NCBI GenBank assembly: GCA_946497145.1
Contig: CAMMJA010000003.1
Coordinates: forward strand, 1,169-65,168
Source of the DNA: an uncultured Mycoplasmatota bacterium
GTDB taxonomy: Bacteria > Bacillota_I > Bacilli_A > RF39 > UBA660
DNA length: 64,000 bases
Direction: 5' to 3'
Part shown: positions 1-9,798 of the stretch, piece after piece
Position numbering within the stretch: the first letter of the stretch is position 1
Layout: every line of letters starts with the position of its first letter
Notes under the pieces: model-generated
Told to the model about the DNA's origin: nothing
Database searches by the model: none
Seen by the model: the letters and a program-made list of their open reading frames with translations, nothing else
Position numbers and translations under genes: made by a program

Positions 1-93
1 ATTTTGAAATTAAACGCATCGGTATTTTTCGGAATGATTCCCTATCTTATTTTAAAAGTATGTGTGAAACAGCAAAACGTTAAATTATAGTCC

Positions 94-122
94 AAAAGTA
101 TGTAATCATACTTTTTCTTTTT
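94..122 (+). terminator. Rho-independent terminator closing an upstream + strand gene whose 3' end enters the window
   Basis: 9-bp stem AAAAGTATG/CATACTTTT (94-102 / 107-115), 4-nt loop, T-rich tail. Two frames are open from position 1 and stop at ~83-90, so the frame of the partial gene is ambiguous. Confidence 0.55.
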
Positions 123-145
123 GTTCGATAGAATTTGGCTTTTGG

Positions 146-175
146 TTGACTTAATAGTTCAAAATGCATTATAAT
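146..175 (+). promoter_or_regulatory. SigA-type promoter for the glycopolymer operon
   Basis: TTGACT (146-151), 18-nt spacer, TATAAT (170-175). It lies ~37 nt upstream of the first gene, whose RBS is AAGAGGAGG. Confidence 0.5.
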
Positions 176-211
176 TTTAGTATAACGAAGAAATAAGAGG
201 AGGACTTTTTC

Positions 212-997
212 ATGCTTAAAAGTAGTTATCAGAGTATTAAAAAATATTCATTTCTTTTACAACAATTGGTATCGCGTGACTTCAAAGTAAAATATAAACG
301 ATCTGTTTTGGGAATTCTTTGGAGTTTGCTTTATCCTATTTTAATGATGACAGTAATGGCAATTGTTTTTTCTAATGTGTTTAAGTTTAGTGTTCCTGGT
401 GTTAACTATTTGGTTTATTTGTTGACAGGGCTTACTTTTTTTAACTATTTTAGTGAGGCCAGTAATTTGGCGATGAGTTCTGTTGTAGGAAATTTTTCTT
501 TAATCAACAAAGTATATATTCCGAAATACATTTTTCCGTTGTCTAAATGTTTGTTTGTTGGGATCAACTTTTTCTTGACTTTGATTCCTTTGTATATTGT
601 GATTTTATTGACTGGAACAGGGGTTAACGTTTTTCATTTGCTCTTGCCTTATGCTTTTCTTTGTCTTTTCTTGTTTACGGTGGGAATTGGGTTTATTTTA
701 TCGACGATTTCGGTGTTTATGCGCGATATGTTTTATATTTATGGAATTATCGTGATGATTTGGACTTATTTAACCCCAATTATGTATGATATTTCTATGA
801 TTAGTCCTAGTTTACAGTTCCTTTTTAAACTTAATCCGCTATATCAATATATTAATTTTGCAAGAGAAATCATTTTATTTCATCAATGTCCTACATTGGC
901 AAGTTTTGTTGTCTGCGGAGTTTCTGCTTTGGTCGTATTCTTGCTTGGAATATTTGTGTTTAGAAAAAATCAAGATAAATTTATTTATTATGTGTAA
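212..997 (+). CDS. tagG: ABC-2 type glycopolymer export permease (TagG/Wzm-like)
   Basis: 261-aa polytopic membrane protein. N-terminal RDFKVKYKRSVLGILW motif is typical of ABC-2 exporters. Strong RBS, and the cognate ATPase follows directly. Confidence 0.8.
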   Translation: MLKSSYQSIKKYSFLLQQLVSRDFKVKYKRSVLGILWSLLYPILMMTVMAIVFSNVFKFSVPGVNYLVYLLTGLTFFNYFSEASNLAMSSVVGNFSLINKVYIPKYIFPLSKCLFVGINFFLTLIPLYIVILLTGTGVNVFHLLLPYAFLCLFLFTVGIGFILSTISVFMRDMFYIYGIIVMIWTYLTPIMYDISMISPSLQFLFKLNPLYQYINFAREIILFHQCPTLASFVVCGVSALVVFLLGIFVFRKNQDKFIYYV

Positions 998-1008
998 GGA
1001 GGAACATC

Positions 1009-1770
1009 ATGAAAGAAAATACTATGATTCAAGTAGATCGTGTGTCTATGCGTTTTAATTTGGGTATTGAGAAAAATTTTTCTTTGAAACAATTTTTTAT
1101 TGATTTGTTTAGTCCAAAAAGGAGAAAACAAAAGAAGAAAAATTCAGAATTTTGGGCATTAAAAGATGTTGATTTTGACGTGAAACGAGGAGAAGTCGTT
1201 GGTTTTGTTGGAAGCAATGGGGCAGGTAAATCTACTTTGTTAAAGGTCGTTGCTGGTGTGATGAAGCCAACTAAAGGAAAAGTAAAAATTGGTGGAAATA
1301 TTTGTCCGATGATTGAACTGGGTGCTGGTTTTGATATGGATCTTACGGCAAGAGAAAATGTTTATTTGAACGGTTCAGTTCTCGGCTATTCTAGGGAATT
1401 TTTAGATTCTAAATTTGATGAGATCATAGCGTTTTCAGAGCTTCAGGATTTTTTAGATGTTCCTGTTCGAAATTTTTCATCTGGAATGGTGGCTCGGCTT
1501 GCTTTTTCGATTGCAACCGTCGTCGATCCTGAAATTTTGATTGTAGATGAGATTTTGTCGGTCGGAGACATTAATTTTCAGCAGAAGAGTGAGAAGAAAA
1601 TGAGAAATATGATTGGTGGTGGAACGACAGTGTTGTTTGTTTCCCACTCCATTGAGCAAATTCAGAAGTTATGTGATCGTGTGATATGGTTAGAACATGG
1701 ACAAGTTGTCAAGATAGGTAAACCAAAAGAAATATGTAAAGAGTATTTGGAATTTATGAAAAATAAATAG
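1009..1770 (+). CDS. tagH: ABC transporter ATP-binding protein (TagH/Wzt-like, NBD only)
   Basis: Walker A GSNGAGKST, signature FSSGMVARL, Walker B ILIVDE. GGAGG RBS. Confidence 0.85.
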   Translation: MKENTMIQVDRVSMRFNLGIEKNFSLKQFFIDLFSPKRRKQKKKNSEFWALKDVDFDVKRGEVVGFVGSNGAGKSTLLKVVAGVMKPTKGKVKIGGNICPMIELGAGFDMDLTARENVYLNGSVLGYSREFLDSKFDEIIAFSELQDFLDVPVRNFSSGMVARLAFSIATVVDPEILIVDEILSVGDINFQQKSEKKMRNMIGGGTTVLFVSHSIEQIQKLCDRVIWLEHGQVVKIGKPKEICKEYLEFMKNK

Positions 1771-1784
1771 AAATAGGTGGAATC

Positions 1785-3749
1785 ATGAAAGAAAAGTTAA
1801 AAAAAAGTTTCGCTTATTATAAAGAGAATGGTTTTAAGGAAACTTTGGTAAAAATATATAGATATATATCTTTTAGGATCAAAATAAAATTGGCTCATAA
1901 TAAAAATGGTGTCTATCGTTTGTCTAAAAAAGAAGAACAAATAATATGTCGAAAAACGAAGACAATACACATTTTTATGAATATTCCTTATTACGATATT
2001 GGAGGAGGTCAAAGGGGTGCACAATTAGCCAAAACATTTAATAAAATGGGATTTAAGGTCAATTATATATATTTACATGATTCAAGTGAATCGCAAAAGC
2101 ATTCAGTGGAGTTACCTTTGGCCATGCACCAAAAGTTGAATCGGATTGATATTAACAAATATAAAGAACAAATTACCAATAGAGATATTTTTATATTTGA
2201 AGCGCCTTCGAAAGAATTTGTTCCTTATTTAGAGCTTGCCAAACGAAAAAAATGTAAAGTTGTTTATGAAAATATTGATAATTGGGAAACTACGTTGGGA
2301 AGCGGGTTCTTTGATCGAAAGATCGTAAATCGTTTTTTAAAAAAAGCAGATTTGCTAGTTGGAACTTCAGTCCCTTTGGTAGATCAATTGAATCAATATT
2401 TAAAGGAAATTAAGATTAAAAAGAACGTTCAATATTTAGCAAATGCTGTAGATAGCGATTTATTTGATTATAGGAGAAAACTTGATAAGCCGAAAGATAT
2501 GGTGTTCAATAAAAAAACATTACTGTATTATGGTAGTTTATGGGGGGAATGGTTCGATTGGGATTTGTTGTTTTCTCTCGCCGAGGATCCTGATATTACT
2601 ATTAATTTAATTGGTGATTACGAAGAAATTCGCGATATTGTTGCAAAATCTCCTCAAAATGTTGTTTTTTTAGGATCCAAAAAACAAAGTGATTTGCCTA
2701 ATTATTTAAAGTATTGCGATTATGCAATTATTCCGTTTAAACCGGATGAAATAGGAAGATTTGTTTCACCGTTAAAAGTGTTTGAATACATTTCTATGAA
2801 TAAAAAAGTGTTATGTACCACATTAGAAGATGTTTGTTCTTATCCTAATGTTTTTCTATCAAACGATGCAAAAGAATGGTTAGATTATATGCATCACAGT
2901 TTACCTTTGCAAAATTGTGATGAATTTATCAGTAAAAACAATTGGTATGATCGTTGTACAAAAATTTTGAATCAATTAAATGATGATCAAAAGCGATGTG
3001 AAAAAGAATTTTATGATAATATTTCGATTGTTATTTTAAATTATAACAATAAAGATATCATTGATCGATGTATTGATAGTATTAAACTTTATAATAAAAA
3101 ATATAAGTGTGAAATTATTGTGGTTGATAATCTTAGTACAGATGGATCATATGAAATATTGCAAGAAAAATATAAAGATATTAAATTGTATCGAAATACG
3201 AAGAATGGTTGTTCTTCTGGCAGAAATTTAGGTGTTGCTCATGCGAGCAAAGATTATATTATGTTTTTAGATAGTGATCAGTGGGTTTTATATCAAGATT
3301 GGATTGATAGTTATATTGAAATTTTTGAACGATATTCTGATGTAGGTGCCATTGGTTGGGCTGCTGGTTGGTTTAATAATCAGGGCTATTCTTATCATGT
3401 TGTCGATAGTTTCCCTTATCGTTATATGCCTCCTGTTGGTCTTTGTCGTGGAGATATAGGGTATATTGGTACCGGGGGACTTATGATGAAAAGACAGTTG
3501 TTTAATGAACTTGAAGGATTTGATTTATATTATGATCCGACTTGTTATGAAGACACGGATTTGTCTTTAAAGATCAGACATGCTGACAAGAAAATCGTTT
3601 ATTGTCCTTATTTGGGGATTGGTCATTTGCCTCATCAAACGACGAAAAGTGGTAGCAAAGCGCATGAAAGATTGATTCAAAAGAATGGAAATTATTTTGT
3701 TGAAAAGTGGAAAAAAATAGATGCTACTTTATTAAATTATAAGAAGTAA
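1785..3749 (+). CDS. Bifunctional glycosyltransferase (N-terminal GT-B/GT4-like, C-terminal GT2)
   Basis: 654 aa. N-terminal half carries SPLKVFEY, also seen in ORF 20360. C-terminal half carries ISIVILNYNN, VVDNLSTDGS and DSD, as in GT2 enzymes. Confidence 0.7.
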   Translation: MKEKLKKSFAYYKENGFKETLVKIYRYISFRIKIKLAHNKNGVYRLSKKEEQIICRKTKTIHIFMNIPYYDIGGGQRGAQLAKTFNKMGFKVNYIYLHDSSESQKHSVELPLAMHQKLNRIDINKYKEQITNRDIFIFEAPSKEFVPYLELAKRKKCKVVYENIDNWETTLGSGFFDRKIVNRFLKKADLLVGTSVPLVDQLNQYLKEIKIKKNVQYLANAVDSDLFDYRRKLDKPKDMVFNKKTLLYYGSLWGEWFDWDLLFSLAEDPDITINLIGDYEEIRDIVAKSPQNVVFLGSKKQSDLPNYLKYCDYAIIPFKPDEIGRFVSPLKVFEYISMNKKVLCTTLEDVCSYPNVFLSNDAKEWLDYMHHSLPLQNCDEFISKNNWYDRCTKILNQLNDDQKRCEKEFYDNISIVILNYNNKDIIDRCIDSIKLYNKKYKCEIIVVDNLSTDGSYEILQEKYKDIKLYRNTKNGCSSGRNLGVAHASKDYIMFLDSDQWVLYQDWIDSYIEIFERYSDVGAIGWAAGWFNNQGYSYHVVDSFPYRYMPPVGLCRGDIGYIGTGGLMMKRQLFNELEGFDLYYDPTCYEDTDLSLKIRHADKKIVYCPYLGIGHLPHQTTKSGSKAHERLIQKNGNYFVEKWKKIDATLLNYKK

Positions 3750-3769
3750 GAAAGAAGGAAGGAATTTTT

Positions 3770-4777
3770 ATGGAAAATAGTATTTTTAAGGATAAAGTGT
3801 TGTTGATTACTGGAGGAACTGGTTCGTTTGGAAATGCAGTGTTAAATAGATTTATTGATTCGGATTTACGGGAAATCAGAATTTTTTCACGAGATGAAAA
3901 AAAACAGGAAGATATGCGAATCAAATACAAGAATGATAAACTTAAATTTTATATAGGAGATGTTAGAGATTTTAGAAGTATTGATGATGCGATGGAAGGT
4001 GTGGATTATGTTTTTCACGCCGCTGCTTTAAAACAGGTTCCTTCTTGTGAATTTTTCCCCATTCAAGCAGTGAAAACGAACATTTTAGGAACTGACAATG
4101 TTTTGGAAGCCGCTATCAATCATAATGTCAAAAAAGTCATTGTATTAAGTACTGATAAAGCCGCTTATCCTATTAATGCGATGGGAATGAGTAAGGCGTT
4201 GATGGAAAAAGTCGCAGTTGCCAAAGGGCGTGATTTAAAAGAAGGTCAGACAGTGATTTGTAGGACTAGATATGGGAATGTAATGGCTTCTAGAGGTTCG
4301 GTTATTCCTTTGTTTTGTGAACAAATATCTCAAGGGAAACCTTTGACGATTACCAATCCTGCTATGACTAGATTTATGATGACTCTAGAAGATGCAGTTG
4401 ATTTGGTTGTATATGCCTTTAAACATGGAAATCAGGGCGATTTGTTCGTACAAAAAGCTCCAGCGGCTACGATTGATGTTTTGGCAACAGCCGTGAAAGA
4501 ATTGAAAAATAGCGATGTTCCGATTAATTGTATTGGAACAAGACATGGCGAAAAATTATATGAAGTTTTGGTGACGAAAGAGGAAATGGTCAATGCCATT
4601 GATTGTGGTGATTATTATTGCATTCCAGCAGATAATCGTAATTTGAATTACCAAAAGTTCACGCATGAAGGTAATGCCGATCTAGAACACATAGAGGAAT
4701 ATAATTCTCACAATACGAGACGTTTGACAGTTTCGGAGATGAAGGAATTATTAAAAAAATTAGAGTTGTTTAAGTAG
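3770..4777 (+). CDS. fnlA: UDP-GlcNAc 4,6-dehydratase/5-epimerase (CapE/FnlA/WbjB family)
   Basis: LITGGTGSFGNAV Rossmann motif and YGNVMASRGSVIPLF. It is the first gene of the conserved three-gene L-FucNAc set. Confidence 0.85.
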   Translation: MENSIFKDKVLLITGGTGSFGNAVLNRFIDSDLREIRIFSRDEKKQEDMRIKYKNDKLKFYIGDVRDFRSIDDAMEGVDYVFHAAALKQVPSCEFFPIQAVKTNILGTDNVLEAAINHNVKKVIVLSTDKAAYPINAMGMSKALMEKVAVAKGRDLKEGQTVICRTRYGNVMASRGSVIPLFCEQISQGKPLTITNPAMTRFMMTLEDAVDLVVYAFKHGNQGDLFVQKAPAATIDVLATAVKELKNSDVPINCIGTRHGEKLYEVLVTKEEMVNAIDCGDYYCIPADNRNLNYQKFTHEGNADLEHIEEYNSHNTRRLTVSEMKELLKKLELFK

Positions 4778-4786
4778 GAGGTAATT

Positions 4787-5893
4787 GTGAAAGTATTAGT
4801 AACGGGAGCCAATGGATTTATAGGTAAAAATTTAATTTCTTGGTTACAAGAAGAAGAAAACGTAGAAATTATTACTTATGATATTAACGACAAATTTTCT
4901 AAAATTGAAAATAATATTGATGATATTCAGTTTATTTTTCATTTGGCTGGTGTGAATAGAACTAAGAATAATGCTGATTTTTATTCGGGAAATACAAATT
5001 TAACACAGCAATTAGTAGATTTAATAAAAGATAAGAATATTCCTATTTTAATTACTTCAAGTATACAAGCAACAAGTGATAATGATTATGGTAAAAGTAA
5101 AAGAATGGCAGAGAATTATGTAAAGGAGAATTTGACTAATTATTATATATTTAGGTTACATAACGTTTTTGGTAAATGGTGTAAACCTAATTATAATTCT
5201 GTAGTTGCTACCTTTTGTTATAATATTGCTCATGATCTAGAAATTACCATTAACGATAGAGATACATGCTTAAGTTTGATATATATTGATGATATTTGTC
5301 GTGAATTTTTGAGAATTTTAAGAGGTGAAAATCCTGTGGATCGAGCCGATGGTATTTGTTATATCAGTCCTAAATATCCAGTAACTTTAGGATCTCTTGC
5401 TGATACATTGTATGAGTTTAAAAATAGTGTGAACTCCATATATGTTCCAAATACTGGTGATGAATTTATTAAAAAACTCTATTCTACGTATATTAGTTAT
5501 TTACCAGTTGAAAAAACAGTTACGGAAGCAGTAAAAAATGTTGATGAAAGAGGATCTTTTACAGAATTGGTTAGAACAACATCGTGTGGACAGTTTTCTA
5601 TTTCAATTAGTAAACCAGGAATTGTGAGAGGAAATCATTATCATCATACTAAGTTAGAACGTTTTATTGTCGTGAAAGGAACAGCAAAAATTAGTTTTAT
5701 GAATGTGTTGGATGGAACTAGTTATCATTTTGTTGTAGATGATAAAACGATTAAGATTGTTACGATCCCGGTGGGATATACACATAAAATTGAAAACATT
5801 GGTACTGATGAAATGATTTTGGCTATTTGGTGTAATGAATTGTTTGATAAAGATAGACCAGATACTTATTTTAAGACGGTAGAATGTGAGTAG
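4787..5893 (+). CDS. fnlB: CapF/FnlB/WbjC-like reductase/epimerase (SDR plus C-terminal cupin)
   Basis: VTGANGFIGKN SDR motif plus a C-terminal cupin-like segment (GNHYHHTK). GTG start with AGGAGG RBS. Sits between the fnlA-like and fnlC-like genes. Confidence 0.75.
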   Translation: MKVLVTGANGFIGKNLISWLQEEENVEIITYDINDKFSKIENNIDDIQFIFHLAGVNRTKNNADFYSGNTNLTQQLVDLIKDKNIPILITSSIQATSDNDYGKSKRMAENYVKENLTNYYIFRLHNVFGKWCKPNYNSVVATFCYNIAHDLEITINDRDTCLSLIYIDDICREFLRILRGENPVDRADGICYISPKYPVTLGSLADTLYEFKNSVNSIYVPNTGDEFIKKLYSTYISYLPVEKTVTEAVKNVDERGSFTELVRTTSCGQFSISISKPGIVRGNHYHHTKLERFIVVKGTAKISFMNVLDGTSYHFVVDDKTIKIVTIPVGYTHKIENIGTDEMILAIWCNELFDKDRPDTYFKTVECE

Positions 5894-5907
5894 TGAGGAG
5901 AAAAGTA

Positions 5908-7032
5908 ATGAATAAATTAAAGGTAATGGTAGTAGTAGGTACGAGGCCTGAAATTATCAGGTTATCTAGTGTTATAAAGGCAATTGATCAATATTTTGAA
6001 TTGATTTTAGTACATACTGGTCAAAATTATGACTATACTTTGAATCAAGTGTTCTTTGAAGAATTTGGCCTAAAAGAACCGGATTATTATTTAGATTCTC
6101 CTGGAAAACATTTGGGAGAAACAGTTGGTAATATTATTGCTAAAAGTTATGAGGTAATTAAGAAAGTTCAACCAGATGCCTTATTAGTGTTAGGGGATAC
6201 CAATAGTTGTTTGGCGGCTTATTCTGCCAAGCGGTTAAAAGTTCCTATTTTCCATATGGAAGCAGGTAATCGGTGTTTTGACTTTAATGTTCCAGAAGAG
6301 ATTAATAGAAGAATTGTAGATCATATCAGTGATATTAATTTGGCGTATACAGAAAATGCTAGAAGATATTTAATAAATGAAGGAATAAAAAATGATTTTT
6401 TATATGTTACGGGTTCGCCTATGGCAGAAGTTTTACATGATAATATGGACCATATTAGGGAATCAGACATTATAAAAAAATTAGGTTTAAAAGAAAACGA
6501 TTATTTTGTAGTTAGTGCGCATCGTGAAGAAAATATCGATATTGATGCTAATTTTCAAACGTTGGTTCATAGTTTAAACAAAGTCGCAGAAACGTATCAT
6601 AAAAAAATAATTTTTTCTACACATCCTCGTACTGCTAAAAAAATTAAAGAAAAAAATATTCAATTTCATGATTTGATTGTTAATTTAGAACCTTTGGGCT
6701 TTTTTGATTACGTTCATTTACAGCAGCATGCTTATTGTGTGTTATCAGATAGTGGAACGATTCCAGAAGAGTCGTCTATCTTGAATTTTCCTGGTATTTC
6801 GCTTCGTACTAGTACAGAAAGACCGGAGGCGTTAGATGCAGGAAGTATTGTGTTGGGAGGAATCAATGATCGAGATATGATCAATGCAATAGAGTTGGCT
6901 GTAAATACTCATCGTAAAAATCGAGAAAATCCTGTAAAAGATTATCGTGATTGCAATGTGTCAGAAAAAGTAGTTAAAATTATTCAGAGTTATTATAATA
7001 TTGTCAATCAAAGAACTTGGAAAAAATACTAA
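5908..7032 (+). CDS. fnlC: Non-hydrolysing UDP-sugar 2-epimerase (CapG/FnlC/WbjD family)
   Basis: VVVGTRPEIIRL N-terminus of the 2-epimerase family. ATG at 5908 has a GAGGAG RBS 7 nt upstream; the ORF track begins at GTG 5893. Confidence 0.8.
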   Translation: MNKLKVMVVVGTRPEIIRLSSVIKAIDQYFELILVHTGQNYDYTLNQVFFEEFGLKEPDYYLDSPGKHLGETVGNIIAKSYEVIKKVQPDALLVLGDTNSCLAAYSAKRLKVPIFHMEAGNRCFDFNVPEEINRRIVDHISDINLAYTENARRYLINEGIKNDFLYVTGSPMAEVLHDNMDHIRESDIIKKLGLKENDYFVVSAHREENIDIDANFQTLVHSLNKVAETYHKKIIFSTHPRTAKKIKEKNIQFHDLIVNLEPLGFFDYVHLQQHAYCVLSDSGTIPEESSILNFPGISLRTSTERPEALDAGSIVLGGINDRDMINAIELAVNTHRKNRENPVKDYRDCNVSEKVVKIIQSYYNIVNQRTWKKY

Positions 7033-7050
7033 AAAAATCGAGGTGTAAGT

Positions 7051-9789
7051 ATGAAGGAATTCTATCCAAAAGTATCCATTGTAATACCAGTGTATAATGG
7101 TGAAAAGTATTTAAAATATGCAATCGAGAGTGCATTAGCACAGACTTATCAGAATTTAGAAATCATTGTAGTAGATGATGGTAGTACAGACGGAACAGAG
7201 CAAATTGCTAAAAAATACGAAGGAAAAATTAGATATTTTAAAAAAGAAAATGGTGGAGTTTCTTCTGCTTTAAATCTTGGAATTGAAAAAATGACGGGTG
7301 AATATTTTTCTTGGTTAAGTCATGATGATGAATATTACCCTGACAAAATTGCAAAAGAAATTGCAGCGTTAACTTTGCTAGATAATAAAAATACGATTAT
7401 TTATTCTAACTATGCAATGATGACCGCAAGAGGAAAAGTTTATTATAAATGGACTTACGATCATAAACGTTTACAAGAATTTCAAGAACTTTCTTTGTTA
7501 AAAGGGGCCTTGAATGGGTTAACTTTGTTAATACCTAAGCAAGCATTTGTAGAGTGTGGTAATTTTGATGAAACTTTGTATTGTGTGCAAGATTATGATA
7601 AATGGTTAGAATTACTACAGAAATATCCATTTTATCATTTGACAGATACTCTTACTAAAACACGTGTTCACGATAAGCAGACCACAAATGTTTCTCCTAA
7701 AGTGGTAACAGAGGGTGTTGTTTTATGGAAGAAAATCATGTCATCTTTTAGTCAGGAACGTCTAATAGAAATTTTTGGAAGTATGAAATCTTATTATCAG
7801 GAGATGCTTGAATTTTTTAAGCATACTCCATATCATGAGATGGAACAGTATTGTATTCAGCAGTTAGAATATTTAGAAAATCACTCAAATGGAAACTTTA
7901 ATCCTTTTATTTCCATTATTATACCAGTTTATAATGGAAGTAATTATATTCAAAATGCAATTGAGAGCGTAATGAAACAAACATATAAAAATTTTGAATT
8001 GATTGTTGTGAACGACGGTAGTACGGATGATGGTCAAACTGAGAATATTGTACGTTCTTATAAAGATAAAGTTAGATATTTTCGTAAAAAAAATGGTGGA
8101 GTTGCTTCTGCACTTAATTTTGGAATAAAGAAAGCAAAAGGAGAGTATATTTCTTGGCTGAGCCATGATGATGTTTATAAACCTTATAAGTTGGAACGGC
8201 AAGTGAAGGAGTTAAATGATCTGGCTGATAAAAAAACTATTTTGTTTTCTAATTTTGAATTGATCGATCAAGATGGAAAAGTGTTTGCGCAAACGTCTTT
8301 TGACCAACTTTATACACAAGAACAAATGGAAAACACTATTTTTCCGGTTTTAAAAGGAACTACCAATGGATGTTCTATGTTAATTCCAAAAGAGTTTCTT
8401 ATTGATGCTGGTCTTTTTGATGAGAGTGTGAGAACAACAAACGACTATGAAATGTGGTTTGTCCTTTTCCATAAGCATCCTATTAAATTCATGAAGGAAT
8501 ATTTGATTCAATATCGAATTCATGCAAGTCAAGATACGCAATCAAGTGATAAATATCATGATGAATCAGAGGCGATGTGGACTAAATTTTTTCAAAATAT
8601 TAACAAGACAGAGATCAAACGTTTAGGATTTGATGAAGTAGAATTTTATTGGGAGTTTTATCTTCAAATGACTGACAATGGTTATATAAAAACAGCTCAA
8701 ATGTTATATCAACAATTTTTAAAGAGTTATCAAAAGCATGATCCGAAAGTGTCCATCATTATGCCTTGTTACAATGCTAGTCAATATTTAGAAAAAGCAA
8801 TTGTTAGTATTTTAAATCAGAGTTATGGTAATTTTGAATTAATTGTTATCGATGATCATTCTACTGATGATACTATGGATATTTTAGCAGAATTGGCTAG
8901 AAAAGATTGTCGTATTGTAGTAGCATCTAATCAAAATAAAAAAGGTGTATCGGGGGCAATGAACACAGGATTATCACTTGCCAAAGGTGAATATATTACT
9001 CGAATGGATAGTGATGATGTGTCCTTTAAAGATCGTCTTAAGAAACAAGTTGAATTTTTAGAAAGAAATAAAGATTATGATTTTTGTTCTGTTAATATTA
9101 ACTCCATTGATGAAATGGATCATGTTTTAATTGACAAACATTATTATATTGATGATGCTCCTTACGAATGGCAATATTTATGGTCTAACCCTTTACCTTG
9201 TGCCCCTATGATGTATCGCAAAAGTGTAGTTGGAGATATTAGATTTGATGAAGAATTGTCTACTGCAGAAGATTATAATTTTTTCATTCAATTTGTGGAT
9301 CATCATCAGTTTTATATGATTGATGAAGTATTGTATTCTTATCGTATTTTATCAACTAGTTTATCTAAATCTACATTAACTGATAGTAATTCATTGGTGA
9401 TTGTAAAAAATTATTACAAAAAAATTATTCATCAAGATCCGCCATTTTATTTTTATGATCTTACAGATTTTTCTGATACAGTGAGTGCGACCGACTTAGA
9501 ATCACGAATAGAAGTATTACAATTTGTTTTAAAGACACTTGAGCATTTTAAAGATTATTTTCATTGGACGGAAGAAGAATATACGAGTGCGGCTAAGTAT
9601 ATATATGCAAAATTCGAAATTTATCTTTTGTCCAGTCAGACCAATGATTATGAAGATCGTTATCATGATATTTTAAATAGTTTTTCATGGAAAATTACGA
9701 AACCATTAAGATTTACGAAAACAGCTCTACGCTATTTGAAGCATAATGGAATCAAGAAGGTTGTTAGCAAAATAGTAAAAAAGAAATGA
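7051..9789 (+). CDS. Tri-modular GT2 glycosyltransferase
   Basis: 912 aa with three tandem GT-A modules starting near aa 7, 287 and 566 (VSIVIPVYNG / ISIIIPVYNG / VSIIMPCYNA). Each has a DDGSTD-like motif and an HDD or DSDD motif. Confidence 0.8.
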   Translation: MKEFYPKVSIVIPVYNGEKYLKYAIESALAQTYQNLEIIVVDDGSTDGTEQIAKKYEGKIRYFKKENGGVSSALNLGIEKMTGEYFSWLSHDDEYYPDKIAKEIAALTLLDNKNTIIYSNYAMMTARGKVYYKWTYDHKRLQEFQELSLLKGALNGLTLLIPKQAFVECGNFDETLYCVQDYDKWLELLQKYPFYHLTDTLTKTRVHDKQTTNVSPKVVTEGVVLWKKIMSSFSQERLIEIFGSMKSYYQEMLEFFKHTPYHEMEQYCIQQLEYLENHSNGNFNPFISIIIPVYNGSNYIQNAIESVMKQTYKNFELIVVNDGSTDDGQTENIVRSYKDKVRYFRKKNGGVASALNFGIKKAKGEYISWLSHDDVYKPYKLERQVKELNDLADKKTILFSNFELIDQDGKVFAQTSFDQLYTQEQMENTIFPVLKGTTNGCSMLIPKEFLIDAGLFDESVRTTNDYEMWFVLFHKHPIKFMKEYLIQYRIHASQDTQSSDKYHDESEAMWTKFFQNINKTEIKRLGFDEVEFYWEFYLQMTDNGYIKTAQMLYQQFLKSYQKHDPKVSIIMPCYNASQYLEKAIVSILNQSYGNFELIVIDDHSTDDTMDILAELARKDCRIVVASNQNKKGVSGAMNTGLSLAKGEYITRMDSDDVSFKDRLKKQVEFLERNKDYDFCSVNINSIDEMDHVLIDKHYYIDDAPYEWQYLWSNPLPCAPMMYRKSVVGDIRFDEELSTAEDYNFFIQFVDHHQFYMIDEVLYSYRILSTSLSKSTLTDSNSLVIVKNYYKKIIHQDPPFYFYDLTDFSDTVSATDLESRIEVLQFVLKTLEHFKDYFHWTEEEYTSAAKYIYAKFEIYLLSSQTNDYEDRYHDILNSFSWKITKPLRFTKTALRYLKHNGIKKVVSKIVKKK

Positions 9790-9798
9790 GGAAACAAA

